Shown one piece after another: positions 41,580-51,677 of a stretch of DNA of 64,000 nt. A program made the translations under genes and the position numbers. The notes below the pieces were generated by a model. It did no database searches, was not told where the DNA came from, and saw only the letters and a list, made by a program, of their open reading frames with translations. Source of the DNA: Promethearchaeota archaeon (lineage in GTDB: Archaea; Asgardarchaeota; Lokiarchaeia; Sigyniarchaeales; SOKP01); NCBI GenBank assembly GCA_016840165.1, contig JAEOSU010000051.1:96001-160000 (forward strand), written 5' to 3'. Within the stretch, counting starts at the first letter, position 1. Each line of letters starts with the position of its first letter.

Positions 41580-42515
41580 TTGGCGAATAAATATGGATAC
41601 TTGCCTTATATGATTCATAGGTATATTCAATTTTTAGGACTAAAACAAACAGAGCAACTCTTAATCGCCAATGATAAACCTTTAAAACCATATATTCGGG
41701 TAAATACGTTAAAGATTAAACCACAAATACTAAAAGATAGGTTAGAAAAGAAAGGATTTCAATTAAAGCCAAGTAAGTGGTTTTCTTATTCATTCGAAGT
41801 ACATGAAGCTCCATTTAATCTTGGTGCAACTCATGAATTTCTTTTAGGATATTATTATTTGCAGAATTTAGCCTCAATGCTTCCTGCATCAATCTTAAAT
41901 CCTCAAAAGCATGATATTGTTATTGATATGTGTGCTGCTCCAGGAAGTAAAGCCACTCAACTAGCTCAGATTATGAGGAACCAAGGAAATTTAATTTTAA
42001 TTGAAAAGAATGCTCTTCGAATTCCTGCTTTAACAATTAATGTTCGAAGATTAGGGATTATTAACTCTACAATTTTAAATTTCGATGCTACTAAGTTAAG
42101 CAATTATGGAATAATGGGGGATAAAATTTTATTGGATGCTCCTTGTACTGGTGAGGGATTAGTAAGAGAAGATCCAACAAGGAAAAAAAGTAGAACTATC
42201 AATGATTTGAAAAGTTTAGCTAAAGTGCAAAAAAAATTATTAAAAGCAGGTTTGAATTCATTAAAAACTGAAGGTATGTTATTATATAGCACATGCTCCA
42301 TTGCGCCTGAGGAAAATGAATTGGTTGTTAATGATGTGTTGAAAGAGTTAGAGAATTTTGCTGTAGTAAAGATTTCTAACGCTTATGGTATACCAGGATT
42401 GATTCAAGTTTATGGGAAATCTTTAAGAGAAGATTTAAAGTTTTCAAATCGGCTTTATCCTCACATCCATGATACTATTGGGTTTTATTTATGTCTTATT
42501 AAAAGAATAGAATAG
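41580..42515 (+). CDS. RsmB/NOP2-family RNA m5C methyltransferase
   Basis: IRVNTLK, DMCAAPGSK, LLDAPCTGEG, YSTCSI..EENE; in-frame TAA at 41547, so the start is TTG/ATT or internal. Confidence 0.9.
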   Translation: MANKYGYLPYMIHRYIQFLGLKQTEQLLIANDKPLKPYIRVNTLKIKPQILKDRLEKKGFQLKPSKWFSYSFEVHEAPFNLGATHEFLLGYYYLQNLASMLPASILNPQKHDIVIDMCAAPGSKATQLAQIMRNQGNLILIEKNALRIPALTINVRRLGIINSTILNFDATKLSNYGIMGDKILLDAPCTGEGLVREDPTRKKSRTINDLKSLAKVQKKLLKAGLNSLKTEGMLLYSTCSIAPEENELVVNDVLKELENFAVVKISNAYGIPGLIQVYGKSLREDLKFSNRLYPHIHDTIGFYLCLIKRIE

Positions 42516-42635
42516 AATTTTCTAACAAAGAAGATTTAAATCTATAAAACTTAATAAATTATTATTGGAATTAGGTTATTGGATAATATATAAATCGATT
42601 TCTTCAAAACTTAAATAGACATAGATTCTTCTAAA

Positions 42636-43340
42636 ATGAAACCAAAAATCATAAAGTCTATTGGATTAGAACATCCATCCGTAAGAAGAGTAATAGAGAT
42701 AGCTGAAGAAATCATGGATAAAAATAAAGTCTTAAATATTGACACTCTATATAATGTTTCTAAAAAAGAATTAAAGATCCCTAGAAATGGGCTTTTATTT
42801 ATAATCCAATTTCTAATAAATAATAAGATTCTGATTGAAGGTTCAAAATTCTCTAAAAAAACAGTATTATCAAATCCAATTAGGTATGCAATATATCGAT
42901 TTATTGATTTAAATCCAGGAGTACACTTTTCTGAATTGAGAAAAAGAAGTATTTCAGGTGAAAATATGAGTTCAGGACAACTTATTTGGCATTTAGGCAT
43001 GTTAATGAAATTTAATTTTATAAGGAAAATTAAAGTCGGAAATTATTCAGTTTTTATTCCGTATGGAATGGATGAAGAAAATGGGAAAATTTTTTTTCTT
43101 ATAAGGGATCGTATTATCTATAAACTATTAACATTATTGATTGAGAGAGAAGTATTAGTAAAGGCTGAAATCTATAAAATTTTAGATGAAAAGAGAGAAA
43201 AGGTATATTATCGAGTTAAAAATTTAATGGATTTAGATATAATTGCTATGAATAAAGATTCGGACAGAGAAATCGTTTTTAGATCTAATAAAAAGAAATC
43301 TATCATAAAAATTTTGAAATCCCCAAAAATATATTTCTGA
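42636..43340 (+). CDS. tandem winged-helix DNA-binding protein (ArsR/MarR-like)
   Basis: R..IY.FI..NPG.HFSEL.......GQL.WHL..L pattern plus a second HTH (REKVYYRVKNL). Confidence 0.75.
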   Translation: MKPKIIKSIGLEHPSVRRVIEIAEEIMDKNKVLNIDTLYNVSKKELKIPRNGLLFIIQFLINNKILIEGSKFSKKTVLSNPIRYAIYRFIDLNPGVHFSELRKRSISGENMSSGQLIWHLGMLMKFNFIRKIKVGNYSVFIPYGMDEENGKIFFLIRDRIIYKLLTLLIEREVLVKAEIYKILDEKREKVYYRVKNLMDLDIIAMNKDSDREIVFRSNKKKSIIKILKSPKIYF

Positions 43341-43364
43341 AAAAACAAAAGAAGGTGTAGAGTC

Positions 43365-44669
43365 ATGTTGATGTTAAATTGGAATATTGAAGTAATTATC
43401 GATTTTATTGGTGCTTTTGTCGGGATTATACTTACATTGATTAGCTATTATACACCAAAAGCGAAAAAAATTAAATCACTATTTTTTATTAGGTTAGGTT
43501 TTATCTTCTTTTGGATTTTTATGTTTATGGACGGGTTATCATTTTTATATTTAAATGAAATTATTGGATTGATAAGTGGTTTTTTTGTTGTTTTTGCTAC
43601 AATATTTATAATCATTGGTGTAAATTATACTATAAATGAGAATTTCAATTCTTTCGGACTTCAAATTGTTATCGCATTAGCGGTCTTATTTTTGTATTTA
43701 GGATTTCAACCAGGTGCTATTGAGGTAAAATTTCAATCGGGTTATTTTAGGGTAAGTTGGGGAGGATTATTTGGTATTTTAGGAATGGCGTTTACTGGCA
43801 TCGCAATGCTATATCTATTTTACTGGGGGTTAAGAACATGGCTAAATGCCCCCTTTTTAATAAAAAAAGAAGCATCTATTTTTTTATTTGGTATTTTGAT
43901 AATTTTTCCTTTCAGTTTTATATTTTATATTTTGTATCTTTTTGAGCCGATTTTTCTGCTTATTTGTGATGTAACTGTCGCAATAGGGGCTTTTATTGTT
44001 TCTTTAGTTGTTCTCCGAGAGCCAAAATTATTATACATATTACCATTTACGATTTATAGAATAATTGTAAAAAGTAAAAGAGGAGACCCACTTTATTACC
44101 ATGATTGGTCTGAATCTACTCTGAATGAAACAATTTTTACAGGTTTTTTGAATGCTGTACAACTTATGAGTAAAGAAGTAATAAATATAGGCGGATTATT
44201 AGATATTAATTTAGAAAATGGGATCTTAATTTTAAAAGAATCTAAAAATATAACAGTAGGGCTTGTTGCATCAAAATCGTCGAAACTGTTAAGAGATTCA
44301 GTTATTAAATTTACTGTAGATTTTGAGAGAAAGTTCGAATATCAATTAAAAAAGTCAATTACTGATATGGCTCAATATGAAACTGCATTTGAATTAATCG
44401 AAAAATATTTTTCTAACTTTCCTTATAATATAATCCAGAGTAAAAAACAAGAATTGTACTTAACGGGGAAATATTTAAAGATTCCCTTAGAATTAGAGAA
44501 CAAATTAAGAAAAATCTTCACAGATGAAGAGGAATACCAGACAATTAAAGCAGAGTTGATTCGATCCCCTCTTTCTTTCACTTCTGAATTCATTAGACTT
44601 CATGACGAATTGAACAATGAGATAAAGAAAATTTCCGATGAAGATGTCAAATTGATTGATGAAAAATAA
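43365..44669 (+). CDS. multi-pass (about 7 TM) membrane protein with cytoplasmic longin/roadblock-like domain
   Basis: About 7 hydrophobic helices in aa 1-220, then IIVKSKRGDPLYYHDW...FTGFLNAVQLMSKEV...GILIL...VGLVAS, a longin-like pattern. Confidence 0.65.
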   Translation: MLMLNWNIEVIIDFIGAFVGIILTLISYYTPKAKKIKSLFFIRLGFIFFWIFMFMDGLSFLYLNEIIGLISGFFVVFATIFIIIGVNYTINENFNSFGLQIVIALAVLFLYLGFQPGAIEVKFQSGYFRVSWGGLFGILGMAFTGIAMLYLFYWGLRTWLNAPFLIKKEASIFLFGILIIFPFSFIFYILYLFEPIFLLICDVTVAIGAFIVSLVVLREPKLLYILPFTIYRIIVKSKRGDPLYYHDWSESTLNETIFTGFLNAVQLMSKEVINIGGLLDINLENGILILKESKNITVGLVASKSSKLLRDSVIKFTVDFERKFEYQLKKSITDMAQYETAFELIEKYFSNFPYNIIQSKKQELYLTGKYLKIPLELENKLRKIFTDEEEYQTIKAELIRSPLSFTSEFIRLHDELNNEIKKISDEDVKLIDEK

Positions 44670-44921
44670 GACCTCTTCTATATTTTTTAATAATAATCAA
44701 GAAAAAAAATTTTGTAAAAATTTGGTCCTATTGCCTTTAAATATTAACTAGATAATTTAATTTATAATTTCTATATTTTTAACTTTTTAAGGGAGATTAT
44801 GAGGGCGTCATCCTCCCTTTATACTAATATTCAAACCTTTACTTGTATAAAATCGGTCTTTATGACTTTATATTATAGTAAAATTATCTTAGTTATAAGC
44901 ATATCTTTGATAATCTAAGAT

Positions 44922-47564
44922 ATGAGAAATTCAGCAACAATTCTGAATAATTTAGGTGAAATTATTTTGAAAAATTTTACTAAGAAATTTTATGCAATTT
45001 TAGGTATTTTCTTTATTCTATGGTCTTTTTCTATAATCTTTATTCGATTACCAGGAAATCAGCTAAACTATCACACTATAGTTGAATTTCCAAAAACTAG
45101 TCAATCATTAGATATTATAACTCCTGAAAATAAAACCTACCTTGAACCAATGGACGGTTATTTTCCAGGTACATTTGGTTTTGAAAATGATAAACTTAAT
45201 GAATATCAACCAATGTTATTTAGTAATATTTATGAAGGAGATTGTAATGGGAGTGTAATTGAAGAGTTAGATGGCCATAAGAAGGTATTCAATATATCTG
45301 ATGATGAACTTGTTGGTTCAGCTATAATATTGCAAAAATTTAGCGATGCAGGGTTTGAAAATCAAACATATGGAACAATAGAATTTTGGTTTAGAGTACA
45401 ACCAGGAAGAAGCCTTAAAAATACTGAAATTCGATTACATTGGGATCATAACCCCACATCGGCCGCGATTAATATAAGAGTGTATGGTGCCCTCCAACAA
45501 TGGCAATTCTGGAATGGAACATGGACTCAAATTCCAAATATTCACGATCCAAGTAATAATACATGGCATCATATTAGAATACAATTTCGATGCCTTGGGG
45601 CTGGCTCTTATCTTGGATTGAATGAGAATGAATTCCAAGTCGTAATCGATGGAATAAGCAGTGGAGCTCTTAACTTTTTTCAATCTGCAACGGAGATAGC
45701 GATGTTCGAACCTACCCATACTCAAGCTGCTGGATATAAGGACAATTATGCCTATATTGATGCCATTGGATACTCATGGGATCCATATTATAATATTGGA
45801 GATAATTTGAATGAAGGACTATTAATAAATTTTGAAACGGATATAAATTTTGATTGGATAGGATATTCCTTAGATAAAAATACCAATAAAACCATATTAG
45901 GGAATACAACAATATGCTATCCTACGAATGGATTACATTCAATACAAGTATTTGAAAATAACTCAGTAGGAACCATATATTCCTCGGGACTTAGATACTT
46001 TTCAATACAGGAACCAATTATACTTTTAACACCTGAGAATAAAACTTATAGTGCACCCATGAGTGGATATTATCCAGCGACCTATGGATTTGAAGATGAT
46101 GAAGATGGGCAACCACCTAAAGATTGGGTAATCCAAAATAACGCAGGAAAAATTGAAGTTATTTCAGATTTATATAATTCTAAAAAAGTACTAAGATTAT
46201 ATGATAACCATGGGAGCATTCCATCAAGAATTTATAATAGTTTTAGTGCAAAAGATAATGGAACAATTGAATTATGGATACAACAAAATTTACTAGACGA
46301 TGATGGTAATCGAGGGCAAATCTCAGGTTATGGAAATGGCATGATGATTTTTCGGGTGAAAATGGTAGGACCATTAAGTGGGGGTTCAGCTAAATGGCAG
46401 GCAAGAGATAATGAAACAGACGTTGATATTGTCGGAGCACCAACTCCCCAAATACATACGTGGTATCATGTTCAGATTGATTTTGAACACACTCTAGGAG
46501 CATATCAAGGACTTGGTCAAAATGAATACTTTGTATATATAAATGGATTACGCTATGGTCCATATAATTTCACTTCTGATGAACCATTAGATGAAATACA
46601 TCTACACACGTATAGTTATGGAGAAGATTATGATACTTATTACGATGCTGTAGGATACTCATGGGATTCGGATTATAATATTGGTGATAATTTAGAAGAG
46701 GGCTTATTAATTAGCTTTGAAAATAATACCAATTTAGATTGGATAGGTTATTCAATAGATGGGCAGATGAATAAAACAATATCTGGGAACTCAACCATAA
46801 AATTTCCTAATGAAGGTTTACATAAAATACAACTTTTCTGCAATAATACTCTTGGTGAGACCTATCAATCAGCTATTCGTTATTTCTTAATTGATAGCAC
46901 TATGCCAACTTTAAATATTCTGTCTCCTATCGATGATGTATTTTTTGCCGACTCTCCTCCCAATTACCAGATTTCGTATACTGAAGATAATTTAGATTCA
47001 ACATGGTATTATTTAGGTCCAGGAACAAATATTGTGATGTTTATTGGAACTGAGGGAACGATTAATCAAACAGAGTGGGATAAATTAGGAAGTGGATTAG
47101 TTTCGATAAGATTTTATATAAATGATACAGGAGGATTAGAGAGTTATGACGAGGTCTTTATACAAAAAGACGTAACTCCGCCTACTTCAAGCATAGTCTA
47201 TACACCATATATCAATCCAAATTATGTGAGTATTTCTACAACATTTTCATTTTCTTATAATGATGGGACGGGTTCTGGCGTTTCTGTTGTACGGTATAAA
47301 ATTAATGATTCTATTTGGTATGATTATACTGATCCTTTTGACTTATCTGCTTATGCTTACGGTGATTATCTTATCACATATCAAGCAATTGATGAAATGG
47401 GAAATGTTGAATCAGAAAACACACTTTTAGTCATATTAACGGAGATTATTACTGAGCCACAACCAGGCATACCAGGATATAATTTATTACTTGTATTGAG
47501 TTTAATAAGTTTATTGTCAGTCTTACTAATTAGAAAATATACTAAGAATCAATCAAAATTTTAA
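44922..47564 (+). CDS. large secreted/surface protein with duplicated lectin-like modules, Ig-like domains and a C-terminal IPGY-TM sorting signal
   Basis: N-terminal TM; two ~290-aa repeats; C-terminal PGIPGYNLLLVLSLISLLSVLLIRKY; likely start TTG 44967 after AGGTGA. Confidence 0.8.
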   Translation: MRNSATILNNLGEIILKNFTKKFYAILGIFFILWSFSIIFIRLPGNQLNYHTIVEFPKTSQSLDIITPENKTYLEPMDGYFPGTFGFENDKLNEYQPMLFSNIYEGDCNGSVIEELDGHKKVFNISDDELVGSAIILQKFSDAGFENQTYGTIEFWFRVQPGRSLKNTEIRLHWDHNPTSAAINIRVYGALQQWQFWNGTWTQIPNIHDPSNNTWHHIRIQFRCLGAGSYLGLNENEFQVVIDGISSGALNFFQSATEIAMFEPTHTQAAGYKDNYAYIDAIGYSWDPYYNIGDNLNEGLLINFETDINFDWIGYSLDKNTNKTILGNTTICYPTNGLHSIQVFENNSVGTIYSSGLRYFSIQEPIILLTPENKTYSAPMSGYYPATYGFEDDEDGQPPKDWVIQNNAGKIEVISDLYNSKKVLRLYDNHGSIPSRIYNSFSAKDNGTIELWIQQNLLDDDGNRGQISGYGNGMMIFRVKMVGPLSGGSAKWQARDNETDVDIVGAPTPQIHTWYHVQIDFEHTLGAYQGLGQNEYFVYINGLRYGPYNFTSDEPLDEIHLHTYSYGEDYDTYYDAVGYSWDSDYNIGDNLEEGLLISFENNTNLDWIGYSIDGQMNKTISGNSTIKFPNEGLHKIQLFCNNTLGETYQSAIRYFLIDSTMPTLNILSPIDDVFFADSPPNYQISYTEDNLDSTWYYLGPGTNIVMFIGTEGTINQTEWDKLGSGLVSIRFYINDTGGLESYDEVFIQKDVTPPTSSIVYTPYINPNYVSISTTFSFSYNDGTGSGVSVVRYKINDSIWYDYTDPFDLSAYAYGDYLITYQAIDEMGNVESENTLLVILTEIITEPQPGIPGYNLLLVLSLISLLSVLLIRKYTKNQSKF
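45114..46892 (+). repeat. intragenic tandem duplication (about 45114-46006 and 46023-46892)
   Basis: Both units: TPENKTY..PM.GY.P.T.GFE.D ... GTIE.W ... WHH/WYH ... DA.GYSWD..YNIGDNL.EGLLI.FE ... DWIGYS.D...NKTI.GN.TI..P..GLH.IQ ... RYF. Confidence 0.85.
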
Positions 47565-47576
47565 ATTCTTTTTTTT

Positions 47577-48149
47577 TTATTGTTTTACTCTTAGATAATA
47601 ACCTTTATCACGTAAATTTATAGCAATAACGTCTTTAGCTTTGAGTTGCGAAATTTGCGTGCTTTCAACTTTAGAATACGCTAAAGCTAGAATTTCATTC
47701 ATTTCATTCATTATGAGCAAAATATCTTTATTATGGAGAGAAGGGGATACTTTATGAACCATCTCCTTTAATATATTATTCCCATACAACACAGATTTTT
47801 CACCTTTCTTATTAACTTGAATGAAATTTTCTTTCATAAGGTAATGATTTTTATAAAGAAATTCTGCTCCTTCGATGCTTATAAAAAAATTACCTTTATT
47901 AATATATCCGAAGTAAAGTCCAATTTCGTGAATTTTAGCATATAATTCTTTAAATTCTTGAATATAGGATTGGTTAGAGGTAATTAAATAAATTTTATAA
48001 GTATTTTTCAGTGAATCAAAAAGCAAATAAAAGTTATAGTGCCCTTCTTCAAAGATAGAATTTATATTTAAACTAATTTTTGAGAGAGAATTGATTATAA
48101 TTGATTTCTCATAATTATTAACAAGCCTAAACTTTTTTGAAGCACTCAT
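47577..48149 (-). CDS. nip7: NIP7-like ribosome biogenesis protein (PUA domain)
   Basis: IGLYFG......F..SIEGA, V...GEKSVLYGNNILK, C-terminal DKGYYLR. Confidence 0.75.
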   Translation of the reverse strand: MSASKKFRLVNNYEKSIIINSLSKISLNINSIFEEGHYNFYLLFDSLKNTYKIYLITSNQSYIQEFKELYAKIHEIGLYFGYINKGNFFISIEGAEFLYKNHYLMKENFIQVNKKGEKSVLYGNNILKEMVHKVSPSLHNKDILLIMNEMNEILALAYSKVESTQISQLKAKDVIAINLRDKGYYLRVKQ

Positions 48150-48603
48150 TTTTAACTCTCATATTTGCTTATTAATATATTCTCTTAAAGGATTTAAAAT
48201 GTTGATAGATAATGAATAGTATATACTTATATGTAAAAAATACTTAAATTCAATTAATTTTATCTAAAATATCTTTCTTAAATTTTCTTTTTTAGAAAAC
48301 CATATTCTTATTCAGAGTTATATGGATGAAGAATAAAATTACTACTTTTTTGAAAAAGTTAGAACATGGTTATGAAATAAAAAGAAGAAATATCATTATT
48401 AATGAAGGTAATTCATAACAATTAAATTAAAAAAATATTATTATATTATAAGAGTAAATAAATCAAATTAAATATTAGAATAAATTTATATATTATAGAA
48501 AAAATCTGGTTAAGAAAGGAGTTCTATTATATAGTTAGGAATAATTATATTAAAGATTCTATAATTAATCATTTAAGGTATTAAAAAATAGTGCTAAGTA
48601 AAA

Positions 48604-49320
48604 ATGGGAATTCGTAAAATAGAAGACGAGATTGATTTAAGAGAGGCAATGAAAAAAAAGGCGGCTGAATTAAAGATTAAAGATATTCAAGCTAAGGCAG
48701 CCACAGAAAACTTCACGAAGGAAAAATTAAATGAATTGGCTAAAAGACACGGGATTATTTTAGCTTTAACTCCTGAACTCAAGGAAGAGGTAAAAAATCT
48801 GCAGAAAAAATATAATATACCGTCATCTAAAATCATTACAGAGCAAATTACCGAAAACGATGTGCTTGTTAAATTTTCAAAAATTGATCATGAAAAGCTA
48901 GGTATGCTCGCTTATCAACGAGTTCTGATGCAGAAAGAAGAGATAGGAGTTGGATTACTTCCTTTAACGGAGGTCTTTGATTTAATAAACACAGGAATTT
49001 TAAGAGGAATTGTGGACATAAAAGATTTACACAAGGCACTGAAAATTTTAAAAAAATCACATGTAATTGATGATCTTAAAGAATTAGAATCAGGTATTAT
49101 CATGGTAAGATTCTTTCCAGTAGAATACACCAGTGATCAAGTAAAAGTAATTGGCATTGCTAAGGACAAAGGTTTTATTTCCCTTGAAGATGTATGCGTT
49201 GAACTTAATTGGTCTCAGGATCGCGCTTTAGAGACTCTGAAATCACTTGAAGAAACAGGTGTCGCAAAATTTAGAGAATCCTTACTTAAAGGAAAACAAT
49301 GGTTTTTCCCTTCAATCTAG
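48604..49320 (+). CDS. ESCRT-II Vps22/Vps36 (EAP30)-like protein
   Basis: Tandem winged helices, P.E.TSDQ.KV......G.......L.W...RA...L..L...G, GKQWFFP; located in the ESCRT cluster. Confidence 0.8.
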   Translation: MGIRKIEDEIDLREAMKKKAAELKIKDIQAKAATENFTKEKLNELAKRHGIILALTPELKEEVKNLQKKYNIPSSKIITEQITENDVLVKFSKIDHEKLGMLAYQRVLMQKEEIGVGLLPLTEVFDLINTGILRGIVDIKDLHKALKILKKSHVIDDLKELESGIIMVRFFPVEYTSDQVKVIGIAKDKGFISLEDVCVELNWSQDRALETLKSLEETGVAKFRESLLKGKQWFFPSI

Positions 49321-49322
49321 AA

Positions 49323-50228
49323 TTATTCAACTATTATTTTAAATGAGATTTGCCCATTTTCAGCTTTAATAATTACTCCTTTCTTATCTTTTTCAAGCAT
49401 TTTGAATATTTTAATAATATCCTTTTTAGGCAAATTACTAAATTCCTTATTTGATTCTCTAATTTCGAAGATCAAAATTGGTTCTAAAGGTGAGATTTCT
49501 ACTGCCCACTCATATATTTCTTGAGCCCAATTATCAAGGGACTTCCAATACACTCGCAACTTTTCTTTGCTCTTAGATAACCATTCTGCTTGCTCTCTTT
49601 CAACTAATTCTTCGGCAATTTCCTTTAATGCGTCTGCTCGATCTTCAAATTTAGAAAATGGTTTCTGAGATTCTAATTGTCTTAAATATAAAATATGCAA
49701 TATGGCATATCGGGCATAATCAAATAGAACTTTAGACCACTCCTTTTTCCATGATTCAAAATCTTTCAAATCCTGCTTTTTATTAGGCAGAGTATACATA
49801 AAGATATAGCGTTTTTCTTCTAACCATGGATAATCATTTACTAAGAGTTCATAAGTAGAAACTTCTTTAGATATAACACCTTTTTCACCTACAATCTCTC
49901 GTTCAATTAATTTAAGCTCCTGCTCTACTTCTTCGGCATTTTGCTCATATGCCTTTATGTCTACTTCCCCCAGCTTCGATGTTAAAAAGTCTTCGATCTT
50001 ATCTAATCTTGCTTCAATATCTTGGCTTTTTGCTGCTGAAACAACATCATCTTCCACACTTTCTCCGTGTTCTACTTCAGACTCTTCCTCTTTTTTTCGT
50101 TCTAATTCTTTTTGTTTTTTCAGTTCTTTTAATCTTGCTAATTCTTTTCTTAAATCCTCTAATTCTTTCTCAGGTTTTTCCTTTTCTTCTTTAGTTATTT
50201 CCTTAGGTCTCTCTCTCTGACGTTCCAT
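49323..50228 (-). CDS. vps25: ESCRT-II Vps25-like protein with long acidic coiled-coil N-terminus
   Basis: MYTLP...ESWKKEWSKVLFDY and AEW......VYWKSLDNWAQEIYEW match Vps25 winged-helix motifs. Confidence 0.8.
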   Translation of the reverse strand: MERQRERPKEITKEEKEKPEKELEDLRKELARLKELKKQKELERKKEEESEVEHGESVEDDVVSAAKSQDIEARLDKIEDFLTSKLGEVDIKAYEQNAEEVEQELKLIEREIVGEKGVISKEVSTYELLVNDYPWLEEKRYIFMYTLPNKKQDLKDFESWKKEWSKVLFDYARYAILHILYLRQLESQKPFSKFEDRADALKEIAEELVEREQAEWLSKSKEKLRVYWKSLDNWAQEIYEWAVEISPLEPILIFEIRESNKEFSNLPKKDIIKIFKMLEKDKKGVIIKAENGQISFKIIVE

Positions 50229-50250
50229 GATATTTCATCAATTAATTATA

Positions 50251-51468
50251 TTAATATTCTCCATATTCTTCTGCCCAGTCTTCATACTTATTCAATTCAC
50301 GCCCAGTTGTCATCGGTTTAACCTTTTTAAGTGTTTTTACAAAATCTTTTAATGTTATATCCCTTACTACTACTTCTTTATCTGAATCTTCAAGTAGACC
50401 TCCCATATCCAATTCTCGGATAGGAATCATAATTACTTCTCGACAGACATTCGAGATATCTCTTCCCGAATATCCCTCTGATCTGACTGCTAATTCAATA
50501 TAATCCTCATCAGTCAAATCTGAGTTAATCCCTGCTGTATGTATTTTAAAGATACCCGCTCTCGCTGGCATATCTGGAAGCGGAACATAGACCTTTTTCT
50601 CAAAACGACTAAGCATAGCAGTATCTATATCCCATGGTCGATTAGTGGCCCCTAATACTAATAATGGTCTGTCGTGTGTTGATTTCATTCCTTGAATTTC
50701 ACTGAGAAGTTGAGTTTTAACTCTTCGCTCACCACCACCTTCATGGCCCTCTCCTCTCCTAGTAGCAACTGAATCTATTTCATCCATAAAAATTAAACTA
50801 GGAGCTTTAATACGAGCTACCTTAAATAATGAGCTTATTAGCTTTTCACTTTCCCCTAACCATTTACTTAACATGTCAGCAGACGAAACGCTAAAAAAAG
50901 TAGCTTTGCATTCAGTAGCTGCTGCTTTTGCCAATAAAGTTTTACCACATCCTGGTGGACCAAACAAAAGTATTCCTGACCAAGGCTTTCTTGCACCCGT
51001 AAACAGTTCTGGCTTCATGATAGGTAAAACAATTGCTTCTCGTAATGATTGCTTACAGTCTTCTAAACCTGCAATGTCCATCCATTTTACATTTGGAGAT
51101 TCGGTTAGTATTGTTCCTGAAATAGAGTCAATAAGTTCCTGTTCTTCAGCAGAATAAGCACCTTCCGTATCTGAAGATGCTTCTCCTTTTGCTTCACTCG
51201 AAGCACGCGGGGGTATTGAGCCTCTTCTCCTTGGTCCACTTAAATGAGCTTTAAGTGCCTGTGCTCTACCGACATATTGCTCAATTTGCTCTTGGCAGCG
51301 TCTAATCATAATTGGATTTTTATTATACTTTACAAATTGTATTAAAATTTCGGCAGCTCGTTGGTATTTATTTATTGCTTGTCTATACCTTCCACCCTCG
51401 TCTAATCTTACAGCTGCTTGTGCTTCTTCCACCGCATACTGATAAAGCTTACTATCAACACTTGACAT
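50251..51468 (-). CDS. vps4: Vps4-like AAA+ ATPase with N-terminal MIT domain
   Basis: MIT (AVRLDEGGRYRQAINKY..RAQALK), GPPGCGKT, SKWLGESEK, FMDEID, ATNRPW. Confidence 0.92.
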   Translation of the reverse strand: MSSVDSKLYQYAVEEAQAAVRLDEGGRYRQAINKYQRAAEILIQFVKYNKNPIMIRRCQEQIEQYVGRAQALKAHLSGPRRRGSIPPRASSEAKGEASSDTEGAYSAEEQELIDSISGTILTESPNVKWMDIAGLEDCKQSLREAIVLPIMKPELFTGARKPWSGILLFGPPGCGKTLLAKAAATECKATFFSVSSADMLSKWLGESEKLISSLFKVARIKAPSLIFMDEIDSVATRRGEGHEGGGERRVKTQLLSEIQGMKSTHDRPLLVLGATNRPWDIDTAMLSRFEKKVYVPLPDMPARAGIFKIHTAGINSDLTDEDYIELAVRSEGYSGRDISNVCREVIMIPIRELDMGGLLEDSDKEVVVRDITLKDFVKTLKKVKPMTTGRELNKYEDWAEEYGEY

Positions 51469-51677
51469 CCTAAATAACCTTTAAAACTAATTATTAATTT
51501 TATACAAATCTTACTATTTATAGGTAATCTAGTTCGGTATTTGTTTAAATATTTAATATATTTACATTTATCAAATTTTCTTTTATCTCATGTGTGGTAA
51601 TAATTGGTCTACAAAAAATTATATAATTGCGAACTTTTATATAATATATAAAAACAATTAAAATTTGATGTTTTAAT

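Noticed and set aside
48326-48418. 30-aa ORF (MKNKITTFLKKLEHGYEIKRRNIIINEGNS) in the nip7-ESCRT spacer
   Set aside because: Too short, no motif or clear RBS; may be chance
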